A stretch of DNA of 64,000 bases, taken from positions 1-64,000 of the forward strand of contig JALTXX010000003.1 of NCBI GenBank assembly GCA_027046625.1, in the 5' to 3' direction. Under the pieces are notes generated by a model. The model had not been told where the DNA came from and did not search any database. It was given only the letters and a program-made list of their open reading frames with translations. Both the position numbers and the translations under genes were made by a program. Below, one piece after another: positions 18,138-27,378 of the stretch (its first letter is position 1; each line of letters starts with the position of its first letter). The DNA is from Candidatus Micrarchaeota archaeon. Its GTDB lineage: Archaea; Iainarchaeota; Iainarchaeia; JAADDC01.

Positions 18138-19047
18138 GTGCATTTGGGCATGCGCCTGTAAGGAGAAGCACTGATAACTTTCCAAGGGTAAAGAACATGT
18201 AAGAAAGGAATAGCATAATGGGTACCAAGGACATAGCATCTACCATTTTCCCTGTTCTAATTAGAGCACCTACAGCACCTGCTAATACTGCTTGAATGAG
18301 TACATACAAGGTTAGAATGTTATTTATAACCTCCGAGGTGGCAACCTTCTGTTTAAAAAACTCCTCTGATTGCATGCCACTTTTCACCATGTCCTCTCCA
18401 ATTTTCATCATGAAGAGCTGTATACCCATGGACATACCCACTATTAGAGGTCCAAGCACAGCTGCAGACACAAATATAAACATAAACTGCATAGAAACTC
18501 TAGCCTTTCTCTCTTTCCTGATCTGATAAGTCTTCCTAATGTCTTCTGCAATCTCATCCAGTATATCTGCTACCCTTCCACCCGTTCTTAACGAATCTGT
18601 AATAATGAGGACCGCCTTTCTCAAGAAATCGGAATCTATCCTCATGGATAAAGAGTTTAGAGCTGCAATGAAGGATTTACCAGCCTCAATCTCCTTTAGC
18701 ATAAGGGAGAACTGCTTTGATAGCTCTCCATACTCAGATGCTATCACCTCTTTTATGGCTACCTCAAAGGTACCCCCAGATCTCAACACGGCTGCCATCT
18801 CCCTTAGTGCATCACCCAGATTTTCCTCGATGCTCTCCACAATCTGCTTTCCTTTTTTGTAGGGTGTAAACACAATAAACATTCCCACAATAAGTATGAC
18901 AATACCGAACAGATAGTAGCCAGTGAGTATGAGAGCTATTCCTATAAGAGAGACCACACTACCAAGGGTTAGTATAAAACGGGCGTTTAGCTTGGGAAAC
19001 GCTAGCTTTACCACATTCTCATAGTGTTTTATCCATTCAGCTGGCAA
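18109..19047 (-). CDS. Type II secretion F / TadC-like pilus platform protein
   Basis: LGDALREMAAVLRSG, GGRVADILDEIA. Confidence 0.88.
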   Translation of the reverse strand: MPAEWIKHYENVVKLAFPKLNARFILTLGSVVSLIGIALILTGYYLFGIVILIVGMFIVFTPYKKGKQIVESIEENLGDALREMAAVLRSGGTFEVAIKEVIASEYGELSKQFSLMLKEIEAGKSFIAALNSLSMRIDSDFLRKAVLIITDSLRTGGRVADILDEIAEDIRKTYQIRKERKARVSMQFMFIFVSAAVLGPLIVGMSMGIQLFMMKIGEDMVKSGMQSEEFFKQKVATSEVINNILTLYVLIQAVLAGAVGALIRTGKMVDAMSLVPIMLFLSYMFFTLGKLSVLLLTGACPNALTCMLDLLL

Positions 19048-20185
19048 GGGGATCAGACCTCCTTACAAAGATTGCTAGCACCAACATAAAGAAAGGAATG
19101 GCAACCAGGTATATAACCCTCAATGTCTCTGGTGGCATGCCAAAAGCTTGTAGAATGTTGTTCTGCATGGGGGCGTTGCCTATACCTGCTAGCATGGATA
19201 AAATAGCTGGAAACACAATACCTGCAAACATAAATACAACTCCGATCATGTTTAGCTTTTCAGCAAATTCCCTTACTCTGTTTCTCTGTTCAAATGACAA
19301 GTCCTCTGCGATACGCTTTATAGCGTCTGAAAGGTTTCCACCAACTCGAAGTGATCTTAGGATCTGGGATATGGCCAGCCTTACCCATTTTGACCTGGAT
19401 CTTAGTGCGAAACTCTCAAGAGCCTCTTCCGTTGTTTTTCCCTGGGAAATTTCTCTTAGTGTTCTTTTAAATTCCTCTGAGAGTACCTTATACCTTGCAG
19501 CTGCAATAGACTCCATGGCATTGTAGAGGCTCATACCAGAGCGGATAACAACCGCCAAATGTCTAAGGGCAAAGGGTAGCTCCTTTTCCATAACGGAGGC
19601 TCTTTCATTGGTTTTCATGCGGGGGTAGGAAAGAGCAGCCCCAAATGCTATTATAAAAACTATTAGAGGTGTTAGAAACGTGTTTAAAGCTGCAACAATA
19701 GGGTTGGAAGCGCTAATTACCATGAGTAATCCAACCGCAACAAGGGAAAGCAATGCCATAACGCTGGCAAATACAAGGGATATGATGACGTACTGTCTTG
19801 CTGTAAGCTTTATATTAGCTGCGTAGAGCTCAAAATCCAATTTTCTTAGCAATTCATTATTTGCCAGCTTTTCTAGTAGTCTATCATAGAGATTTTTGTA
19901 CTTTTCATAGATTTTTCCAAAAAATCTTATGATATCCGAGGGGTGTTCAGTGAGAGGGACCGTAATCCTTGACATAATGGATCGTACAGTTATAATGTTG
20001 TGCACCGCAGTCTCGGCCTTTTCCTCTTTTTCCTCCATAACCTCTACATTCTGCTTCTCTCTGTATTTCTCTATAATCTTCTCCACTACTTCCTCCGGAA
20101 GTAATTCATCTATCTGAACGCTTTTCTTTTCCTTCTTCTTTTTCCTCCTAAAAGCGTCCTTTATGCTGTCTAGGATTTTTGCCAC
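19037..20185 (-). CDS. Type II secretion F / TadB-TadC-like pilus platform protein
   Basis: ELPFALRHLAVVIRSG, GGNLSDAI. Confidence 0.88.
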   Translation of the reverse strand: MAKILDSIKDAFRRKKKKEKKSVQIDELLPEEVVEKIIEKYREKQNVEVMEEKEEKAETAVHNIITVRSIMSRITVPLTEHPSDIIRFFGKIYEKYKNLYDRLLEKLANNELLRKLDFELYAANIKLTARQYVIISLVFASVMALLSLVAVGLLMVISASNPIVAALNTFLTPLIVFIIAFGAALSYPRMKTNERASVMEKELPFALRHLAVVIRSGMSLYNAMESIAAARYKVLSEEFKRTLREISQGKTTEEALESFALRSRSKWVRLAISQILRSLRVGGNLSDAIKRIAEDLSFEQRNRVREFAEKLNMIGVVFMFAGIVFPAILSMLAGIGNAPMQNNILQAFGMPPETLRVIYLVAIPFFMLVLAIFVRRSDPLAS

Positions 20186-21756
20186 CGCTTCTTCCCCTCC
20201 TCAAAGTATCTCTGAAGCTCCTTTTTCAGACTTTTCATACCCTTTATATTTCTCTTTACTAGCTCTCTAATGAAGTCTGCCCTTCTCTGTATTTCGTCCT
20301 CCAGATCAGAAATCTCGAGGGCGGTATAGTCCTTTAGAGTATTAAGATACGCTACATGAGAGTCTACCTGTATCATAGTGTCCTCTTTGGGCTCCCACAC
20401 AAAAATTGTCTTTATTTTAGCCTTTTCATCCTCCTTTATTACCTCTGCAATCTCTGTAACCCTTCTTATGCTTCCCTTTCTTCTATCGTGGATCCTGTGT
20501 TGCACTATAATGAAGTCCAGCGCTCCCACCATGATCTCTGGCACGTTCATGGGAGGGGATGTGATACGTATGATGGTTTCCTTTGCAGAGTTTGCGTGTA
20601 TGGTGCCCATGCTCCCATCATGACCTGTGTTCATGGCGGTAAACATGGTGGCAGCCTCTTTGTGTCTGACCTCACCTACTATAATTCTATCCGGCCTCAT
20701 TCTAAGAGCATTTTTCACCAGTACGTCCATATCAACCTCTCCAGTACCCTCTATGCTTGGTGGCCTGGTTTCTAATCTTACCCAGTGTTCTAGAGGGAGG
20801 TTAAGCTCTGCGGTATCCTCTATGCTTATAACCCTCTCGTAGGCAGGTATGAAAGCAGCCATTACGTTGAGGGTGGTGGTTTTACCGGAGCCTGTGCTAC
20901 CCGCTATGAGTATATTTGCTGGTTTTGCACCCATTCCATCCACTGCCAGCCACATAAAGGCAGCAATATCAGGGTTGAACGTGCCAAACCTAATGAGATC
21001 TATGATGGTGTAAGGATCTTTTCTGAACTTTCTTATGGTAATGGTGGAACCATCTACAGAAATGGGGGGTATGGTAGCGTTAACTCTGCTTCCGTCCGGC
21101 AGTCTTGCATCAAGAAGCGGATTTTGTATATCGATTCTTCTCCCCACATCCCTTGCGATCTTGTCTATAATGTCTCTTATCTCCTTATCATCTACAAAGA
21201 CGATGTTGGTAAGCATCATACCATATTTCCTGTGAAACACGTATACAGGCCTGTTAGGACCTATTACCATGATCTCTTCCAACTCGTCGTCATAGATAAG
21301 GTAATCTATGAGACCATATCCGATCATTTCTCTTACTACAATGTCTGCGTAGTATTCCTTTCTTCCTGGCGGTACACCAAGCTCAGGGAAATTCTCTATA
21401 ATCTCAATAACCTTTCTTCTGTAGAAGTTCCTTCTTGCCTCGTAATCTGTGAAGGTAGTTCCTCTAAGGGATACGAGGCGGGTTGTAGCATCCTTTAGAA
21501 TGTTTATAATCTTTCTTTCGCTCTCTGTGGGCTTAGGAATAGGAACCTTGTAGATTAGAAGGGGCTCTCCTTCCCTTTTTACAATCTTTACATCACCATA
21601 CTCTGCAATTACCACCTCGGGTGCTTTAGCCTCCTCTTTTTCGGGGGCAATCTCTTCATGCTCTAAGGACTGTTTTTCCTGCTTCTTCTGGGTTGACTTG
21701 GCAGCCTCTATGAGCTCCTCTAAGTATCCCATCCCTTTTAGTAGGCTATTCTGCAA
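20170..21756 (-). CDS. CpaF/TadA (VirB11-family) pilus assembly ATPase
   Basis: DARLPDGSRVNA, GSTGSGKTT, LRMRPDRIIVGEVR, MNTGHDG. Confidence 0.95.
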   Translation of the reverse strand: MQNSLLKGMGYLEELIEAAKSTQKKQEKQSLEHEEIAPEKEEAKAPEVVIAEYGDVKIVKREGEPLLIYKVPIPKPTESERKIINILKDATTRLVSLRGTTFTDYEARRNFYRRKVIEIIENFPELGVPPGRKEYYADIVVREMIGYGLIDYLIYDDELEEIMVIGPNRPVYVFHRKYGMMLTNIVFVDDKEIRDIIDKIARDVGRRIDIQNPLLDARLPDGSRVNATIPPISVDGSTITIRKFRKDPYTIIDLIRFGTFNPDIAAFMWLAVDGMGAKPANILIAGSTGSGKTTTLNVMAAFIPAYERVISIEDTAELNLPLEHWVRLETRPPSIEGTGEVDMDVLVKNALRMRPDRIIVGEVRHKEAATMFTAMNTGHDGSMGTIHANSAKETIIRITSPPMNVPEIMVGALDFIIVQHRIHDRRKGSIRRVTEIAEVIKEDEKAKIKTIFVWEPKEDTMIQVDSHVAYLNTLKDYTALEISDLEDEIQRRADFIRELVKRNIKGMKSLKKELQRYFEEGKKRWQKS

Positions 21757-21770
21757 TAAAAGGTTGACGC

Positions 21771-22943
21771 ATGGTAAGTGTGATCAGTCCTCGGTTATGT
21801 ATAAGATGTAAGGGGAGGTTGTGGTGCGGACTGAGCAAATGCCCTATTCTAGAGGCAAAACGGCTGATAAAAGGGGTAAACAAAAGGGAATTGTCCGGCT
21901 ATTCTCCGCCCTCCCTCCTAATAGGGTGGAGGGGATACCCAGAGGTAAACGTTACACCTATATTATCTGAGGAGCGATCAGATATAGCAGAGAACCCTTC
22001 TTATTGGGCTGGAAAGCTCTCTATTGAGGAGATACTAGATTTGAGAATGAATATGGGTGGTGGCTCCCAGAGAAGACATGTTAAAAATATTCCAGAGGAT
22101 ACTATCTTGGATATAGCTCTTAGCAAGAAACCTATAGCTCTGGATGTAACCTTTAAACAACCACCAAAGAGTAGTGTAACATTTTCCAACCTATTTCCTC
22201 CCATTGGGTTTAGGGGAGAATTGGAACGTTTAGAAATAGCGGAGAATCCCAAAATAGACAAGAGGGCAGAAAGCCTTTACTATGACGAAGTAAAGGCTAA
22301 AGATGCAGTTATATACCTGTATGAAAAAGGAAGGGATGTGTATGAGCTCTCCCGTTATCTATCATCAGGGATTTTTGGTAAGGAGAAACGACTAGTGCCT
22401 ACAAGGTGGTCCATAACAGCGGTTGACGACATAATCTCGAATTATCTCCTTGAAAAAGTATCTACATTCCCTCCTATAGGCAGGATAGAGTTGTATACCT
22501 CTTCTCTCTATGATAACCACTTCTTTATCTTGTTTATTCCCGGTCCCTGGGCCTTTGAGCTTGTGGAGGCCTGGGCCCCAAAATCCTTCTGGAGTAGGGG
22601 AAAGGAGATTATAGTATCAGACTACGAGTTCGGAAGAAAAAGAAAGAACTACGCCTCTAATGTGGGTGGATCTTACTACGCCTCTAAGCTTGCAGTACTG
22701 GAAAAACTCTACGAGAAGAGGAGGGTGGCATCTGTTCTTATCTTAAGAGAAGTCAGGGAAGGGTATTATGCGCCTTTAGGGGTGTGGCAGGTAAGGGAGA
22801 ATGTGAGACATGCACTAAGAAGAAACCCCCTCTACTTTGACAGCCTGAGAGATGCTTACAACTATATACTTTCTCGTAGTAGGGTAAAGAAGTGGAAGGA
22901 ATACAGCATTCTTCTCAAAGGTGTTCAACAAAGAATAATTTAA
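21771..22943 (+). CDS. nreA: Nre-family DNA repair protein
   Basis: CIRCKGRLWCGLSKCP, LVPTRWSITAVD, PLGVWQVRE. Confidence 0.92.
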   Translation: MVSVISPRLCIRCKGRLWCGLSKCPILEAKRLIKGVNKRELSGYSPPSLLIGWRGYPEVNVTPILSEERSDIAENPSYWAGKLSIEEILDLRMNMGGGSQRRHVKNIPEDTILDIALSKKPIALDVTFKQPPKSSVTFSNLFPPIGFRGELERLEIAENPKIDKRAESLYYDEVKAKDAVIYLYEKGRDVYELSRYLSSGIFGKEKRLVPTRWSITAVDDIISNYLLEKVSTFPPIGRIELYTSSLYDNHFFILFIPGPWAFELVEAWAPKSFWSRGKEIIVSDYEFGRKRKNYASNVGGSYYASKLAVLEKLYEKRRVASVLILREVREGYYAPLGVWQVRENVRHALRRNPLYFDSLRDAYNYILSRSRVKKWKEYSILLKGVQQRII

Positions 22944-23177
22944 GGGCAGCGGGCCGTAGGCCGCCTTCTGTATTGAGACGGGATTAGACTTAGCGGGCAT
23001 TCGCCCTTGCACCCAACCCGGACCGTTTCAACCACACCACACATCATGGGTAGGGGTACCTCATCCCTCCGTGTGGTGGGTGTCGTTTCTGTTCCCGGGA
23101 GTCCCTCACGGGACTTGTTTTTAGCGGGTGGGCGGACCTTCCTCAGGAGACCCCCGAGACCCGTCTGCCCGCTGCCC
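22944..23177 (-). ncRNA. rnpB: RNase P RNA (reduced, about 234 nt, type-M-like)
   Basis: P1 GGGCAGCGGGC/GCCCGCUGCCC; CR-I GAGGAAGGUCCGCC; CR-V ACAGAAGGCGGCCUA; ACAGAAA and UGAAACGG loops. Confidence 0.93.
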
Positions 23178-23180
23178 ATA

Positions 23181-23230
23181 TCGGTGTAGGTGACACTCAT
23201 CACCACTCAGAGGAAATATCTCCTCATCTC
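23181..23230 (-). ncRNA. Box C/D methylation guide sRNA
   Basis: C GAGAUGA, 13-nt guide, D' CUGA, C' GUGAUGA, 12-nt guide GUGUCACCUACA, D CCGA. The D guide pairs 11 nt with 16S at 37656-37666. Confidence 0.85.
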
Positions 23231-23661
23231 CATATACATAGGGTGAGATTTGTTTTATTACAGTTTCTCGGATCGTTGTTGGTAATACACAGGGAGAAAT
23301 CCTTCTTGAATAGTATGTCTGCATCGATGGGACAAGAAGTGGAACATCCTATGTTATTTGCTATAATACTGCCTTCTATAGCGCAGTTAAGCGTTTCTGG
23401 CATGAAATCTTTCTTATTTGCACTAAAGAAGGATTTTATGCATCCTGGAATCCTAAAATCCCCAATTTTACACGCCCACACTCCGTCGTCTACAGCGAGC
23501 TTAAAGATGGTGTGATAAGCAGCCAGCTCAATCCTTCTATACAGAAGATCCTCCGAAACAGCAGATGTAACACCGTACGCTGCTGTAAGGGCAAAGTGGG
23601 AGGCTGCTATAAACAACAACAGTGCCACAAGTACATCCATGGTAAATATCTGACCTTTCAA
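23224..23661 (-). CDS. Class III signal peptide (pilin-like) protein
   Basis: TTG start, MKGQIFTMDVLVALLLF; Cys-rich C-terminus. Confidence 0.8.
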   Translation of the reverse strand: MKGQIFTMDVLVALLLFIAASHFALTAAYGVTSAVSEDLLYRRIELAAYHTIFKLAVDDGVWACKIGDFRIPGCIKSFFSANKKDFMPETLNCAIEGSIIANNIGCSTSCPIDADILFKKDFSLCITNNDPRNCNKTNLTLCIWR

Positions 23662-23924
23662 CAGCTCACCTCCCTGGATACAATCCAAATAAAGATACCT
23701 TCTCCGCTTGTATACCTAATACCTCCCTCCTGTATATTGTCTATGACGACTCCTCCCACATCTGAGGCAATGTCCATGAAGTAGCTGTTTGCATCTGTTA
23801 GGTAGGAACATATGGCCACCCTCGTAGCATCCCTCACCTCTTCCCAGTCTGGTGCCACTGCTCCAATAAAGGTTGTGAGCAGGAAGAGGGCTAACACCAT
23901 ATCTACGGAGAACACACCCCTCAT
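23658..23924 (-). CDS. Class III signal peptide (pilin-like) protein
   Basis: MRGVFSVDMVLALFLL. Confidence 0.75.
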   Translation of the reverse strand: MRGVFSVDMVLALFLLTTFIGAVAPDWEEVRDATRVAICSYLTDANSYFMDIASDVGGVVIDNIQEGGIRYTSGEGIFIWIVSREVSC

Positions 23925-24202
23925 TATCCCGCCCTCACATTGATACCTCTTGCTCTTAGCCTATCAATGAGCTCATTCGGACCTCTCAATACTAATCCTC
24001 TATCATAATAGAACCTTTCTACCTCATAAATCTTCATGCTTTCCTGTTCGAGGGCTACCTCCTCCCTTATCAGTACAGGAGTAGCCTTTATGAGAGCCCC
24101 TCCACCCTCTAGCGTGTCTAGCATGATGTTTATGGATATAAGAGCTCCTAGCACTACTGCAAGCACAAGTATAAGGAACTCTCCCCATACCTGGCCTTTC
24201 AT
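23924..24202 (-). CDS. Class III signal peptide (pilin-like) protein
   Basis: MKGQVWGEFLILVLAVV. Confidence 0.8.
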   Translation of the reverse strand: MKGQVWGEFLILVLAVVLGALISINIMLDTLEGGGALIKATPVLIREEVALEQESMKIYEVERFYYDRGLVLRGPNELIDRLRARGINVRAG

Positions 24203-24582
24203 GGTATCCCACTCACCTCTCCGCCACTTATTTTTATCCTTGTAAAGGTGTTTATGGTGGGTCCGGAGGTAAATACCCTGTCAAGCGTTACAATACACTC
24301 GCCCCCGCTACACAGATCCGTTGTAACCCTTGCCTCTAACCTCCTTAGGTCTATTGTGGTGTTTGGCGGTACCCACACACCCATCTTTACCATACCATCT
24401 GATACATCCGTAAATTCCCCAGCTGCCTTTACCCTGAGTAGACTCACCCTTGCAGAGAGAACATTCCTTATATCGTCCTGCATGTTAATAACATCGTTTA
24501 TATGGATGGTTGTGAGAGCTATGTACCCTCCCAGCAACACCATTACTAGGATACCATACTCTATGGCTATAATACCTTTCAC
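24199..24582 (-). CDS. Class III signal peptide (pilin-like) protein
   Basis: MKGIIAIEYGILVMVLLG. Confidence 0.8.
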   Translation of the reverse strand: MKGIIAIEYGILVMVLLGGYIALTTIHINDVINMQDDIRNVLSARVSLLRVKAAGEFTDVSDGMVKMGVWVPPNTTIDLRRLEARVTTDLCSGGECIVTLDRVFTSGPTINTFTRIKISGGEVSGIP

Positions 24583-24740
24583 TTTAGTCCCTCCAGTATG
24601 ACGTCCTTCACGTCAAGCGCTTTTAGTATCTCTGTTTTCATGGCGTTGGCAAGTGTAAATAGTCCCCCGGCAGCTATAAGAGCCAGAAGGACTCCAATAC
24701 CCACCATGATAAGATACTCTATATGAACCTGAGATCTCAT
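24579..24740 (-). CDS. Small class III signal peptide pilin, 53 aa (not in ORF track)
   Basis: MRSQVHIEYLIMVGIGVLLALIAAGG...EGLK; overlapping start/stop junctions on both sides. Confidence 0.8.
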   Translation of the reverse strand: MRSQVHIEYLIMVGIGVLLALIAAGGLFTLANAMKTEILKALDVKDVILEGLK

Positions 24741-24889
24741 GGCAACCCCCTAAACACAGACACTTTCACTTTATTTTCTACTGTTGCCACAATGGCCGCC
24801 ATCCCCGTTATGGCACCGGCTATGATGAGCACTATCACTAACATGCCCATGGAGGACAGCATGTACTCTGTTGCGGTCTGGCTCTTCAT
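24737..24889 (-). CDS. Small class III signal peptide pilin, 50 aa (not in ORF track)
   Basis: MKSQTATEYMLSSMGMLVIVLIIAG...GLP. Confidence 0.75.
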   Translation of the reverse strand: MKSQTATEYMLSSMGMLVIVLIIAGAITGMAAIVATVENKVKVSVFRGLP

Positions 24890-24937
24890 CCGAACAAATA
24901 ATGGCATCTAAGGTTATATAGATTAGCATGGAAGAGT

Positions 24938-25945
24938 GTGTTAGTGCTGGATGTAGAAGCCCTTATATATGTGGGTGCAATCCTCCTTTATATTCTTCTT
25001 AGGCCAGTGTATACAGGTATTGCGAAGAGGATAGTTTCCCTCACAAAGGGAGATATAGATGATAAGCTATATGATGCTTTGGAGAGGCCTATATGGTTTG
25101 CAATTTTGATATATCTAGTATTTCTTGCTCAGGAAGCTATCTTTCCCCATACCTTACTTTCCAATATCCTTCTAACGGCTGTGGTAGCTCTTATAGCTAT
25201 AGCCCTCATTAGGACGGGAAATATCCTGATAAAGGACGTAATAGGGCCCACCCGTTTTGTACTCACAGATCCTAAGATAAAGCAAACGATTCTTACCGTA
25301 ATAGATAATGTAGTAAAGGCTGCCATTATATTCTTTGCTCTAATGTATACTCTTTCTATCTGGGGCGTTGACGTAACACCTATTCTTGCCTCTGCGGGTA
25401 TAGTGGGTATTGTAGTAGGTCTTGCACTAAAGGATCCCCTGGAAAACCTTATTTCGGGCATACTTATGTTGACGGATCCCCCCTTCAGGGTAGGAGATGT
25501 GGTAAGGATAGGGGACACCATGGGGGAGGTAAAGGAGATAGGCCTGAGAAATACCAAGATACTTACCTTTGATGGAGATGTAGTAACCATCCCTAACAGT
25601 TCTATTATACGGATGGATGTGGAAAACTACCACATGCCTTCAGAGAAGGTAAGGGTGAGGGAAAGGATAGGAGTGTCCTACGATACGGATCCGGAGCATG
25701 CAAAGAAGGTACTTATGGATATATTAACCTCTCATCCGAAGATATTGGATGATCCAGCCCCACAGGTACTCTTCCTTGAGTTTGGGGACTCCGCCCTTAT
25801 TATGGAGATTAGATTCTGGGTACATATGCCGGATAAAATGAGTACCATAGACGAGGTGAACACCACAATATGGAAGAGATTTAAGGAGGAAGGGATAGAG
25901 ATACCCTTCCCCATAAGAACGGTTTATCTAAGGGATGAAAGATGA
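24938..25945 (+). CDS. mscS: Small-conductance mechanosensitive channel
   Basis: GLALKDPLENLISG, PFRVGD, IPNS, EIPFP. Confidence 0.93.
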   Translation: MLVLDVEALIYVGAILLYILLRPVYTGIAKRIVSLTKGDIDDKLYDALERPIWFAILIYLVFLAQEAIFPHTLLSNILLTAVVALIAIALIRTGNILIKDVIGPTRFVLTDPKIKQTILTVIDNVVKAAIIFFALMYTLSIWGVDVTPILASAGIVGIVVGLALKDPLENLISGILMLTDPPFRVGDVVRIGDTMGEVKEIGLRNTKILTFDGDVVTIPNSSIIRMDVENYHMPSEKVRVRERIGVSYDTDPEHAKKVLMDILTSHPKILDDPAPQVLFLEFGDSALIMEIRFWVHMPDKMSTIDEVNTTIWKRFKEEGIEIPFPIRTVYLRDER

Positions 25946-27378
25946 TAGAGGGGCTTACAAAGAAGCGCTTTGTTGATGGAAAGATAAGAATAGCCCTTGT
26001 GTATCCGGGTACTCTAAAAGAAGCCCTTTCCTCATTAGGATTTATGATCATTTATGACATCCTGAACAGGGATGAGGAGACGGTGGCCCATATTTTTACG
26101 GTTGAGTCGCCCCTTTCAGTAGAAGAAAACCTACCATTGAAGGCCTATGACTATATCTTATCATCTATTCACTTCGAGCCTAGAGTAACAACCCTCATGC
26201 AGTACCTTGAAAGGATGGGAATACCCCTAGAGAGAGAAAAGAGGGAAAAACCTGTATATGTGGGTGGACCGGGAGTATGGAACCCACTGCCACTGTACAG
26301 ATTTGCTGATGGGGTGTTTCTTGGAGACGGAGAAGAATCTCTCCCCTCCTTTCTTGATGTGATACACGAAAGGAAAGATATTCATTTGCCAGGTTTTTAC
26401 AACCTCTGGAGTGAGAAGCCAACATCCTTCTCCTACCATGATATGAGCTTTATGTACAGACATCTAATGTCGGATGAGACCACATATGGAAGACGACCCA
26501 TCTTTATGGAGGTAAACAGGGGCTGCCACTATGCATGTAGATTTTGTCTTATTGGGTGGGCGATGAGGCCACCAAGAGAGAGACCTCTGGAGGATGTATA
26601 TACCATACTTCATCATCATGTTGATAGAGGGGGGAGAAAAGTGGTATTTGTAGGCTCCGATGTACTCTCTTATCCTCACATAGAGGAAGTGATAAGGGAT
26701 ATTATAGGTATGGGATTGGAGGTTTCAGTACCCTCCTCAAGGGTGGAAAGGTTGGATGACCCCTTTTTCCTGAGAGTTCTTGCAAAAGCGGGTGTGAGAA
26801 CCCTTACAATTGCTCCAGAAGCTGTAGACGAAGGAAGGAAGGCCTTTATAGCAAAGCCCATATCCAATGAAAAGGTATTAGAAATAGTGGAAAAGGCAAA
26901 GTGGGCGGGTATAAAACGTATAAAACTTTACTTTATGATAGGCTACCCCAATACAACCGAGGAGGAGGTACAGAAGATCATTGACCTTTATAGAAGGGTG
27001 AAAAATATATTGCCAGCCGAAGGGACAGTTTCTGTCTTCATTCCAAAACCCTACACACCCTTCCAGTTTCTTCCCATGGAGCGCATAGATAACACAGAGA
27101 AATATGTAAAACTTCTCAGAAAGGAGACAGATCTAAACGTGATGCATCCAAAGAGGGCTGTACTGCAAGCTCTACTATCTATAGGAGATAAGAGGATAGG
27201 AGATTTGCTAATGAAGGTCTACCACAACTTTAACTACCATTTGTGGATAAGAAAGGCCAGAGATATGGGGATAGATATAGACAGCTATCTATACCAGAGG
27301 GATACACCTTGGTTGAAGATTATTTCCACCTCTATGCCTGCCTCCTTGCAGAGGAAAGGATTTGAGGTGGCCCTATGA
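25942..27378 (+). CDS. Radical SAM protein (B12-binding-like N-terminal domain)
   Basis: EVNRGCHYACRFC (CxxxCxxC), LTIAPEA, KLYFMIGYP, FIPKPYTPFQ. Confidence 0.88.
   Translation: MIEGLTKKRFVDGKIRIALVYPGTLKEALSSLGFMIIYDILNRDEETVAHIFTVESPLSVEENLPLKAYDYILSSIHFEPRVTTLMQYLERMGIPLEREKREKPVYVGGPGVWNPLPLYRFADGVFLGDGEESLPSFLDVIHERKDIHLPGFYNLWSEKPTSFSYHDMSFMYRHLMSDETTYGRRPIFMEVNRGCHYACRFCLIGWAMRPPRERPLEDVYTILHHHVDRGGRKVVFVGSDVLSYPHIEEVIRDIIGMGLEVSVPSSRVERLDDPFFLRVLAKAGVRTLTIAPEAVDEGRKAFIAKPISNEKVLEIVEKAKWAGIKRIKLYFMIGYPNTTEEEVQKIIDLYRRVKNILPAEGTVSVFIPKPYTPFQFLPMERIDNTEKYVKLLRKETDLNVMHPKRAVLQALLSIGDKRIGDLLMKVYHNFNYHLWIRKARDMGIDIDSYLYQRDTPWLKIISTSMPASLQRKGFEVAL

Noticed and set aside
22940-23324. ORFs overlapping RNase P RNA
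   Set aside because: Explained by the RNase P RNA and the C/D sRNA.
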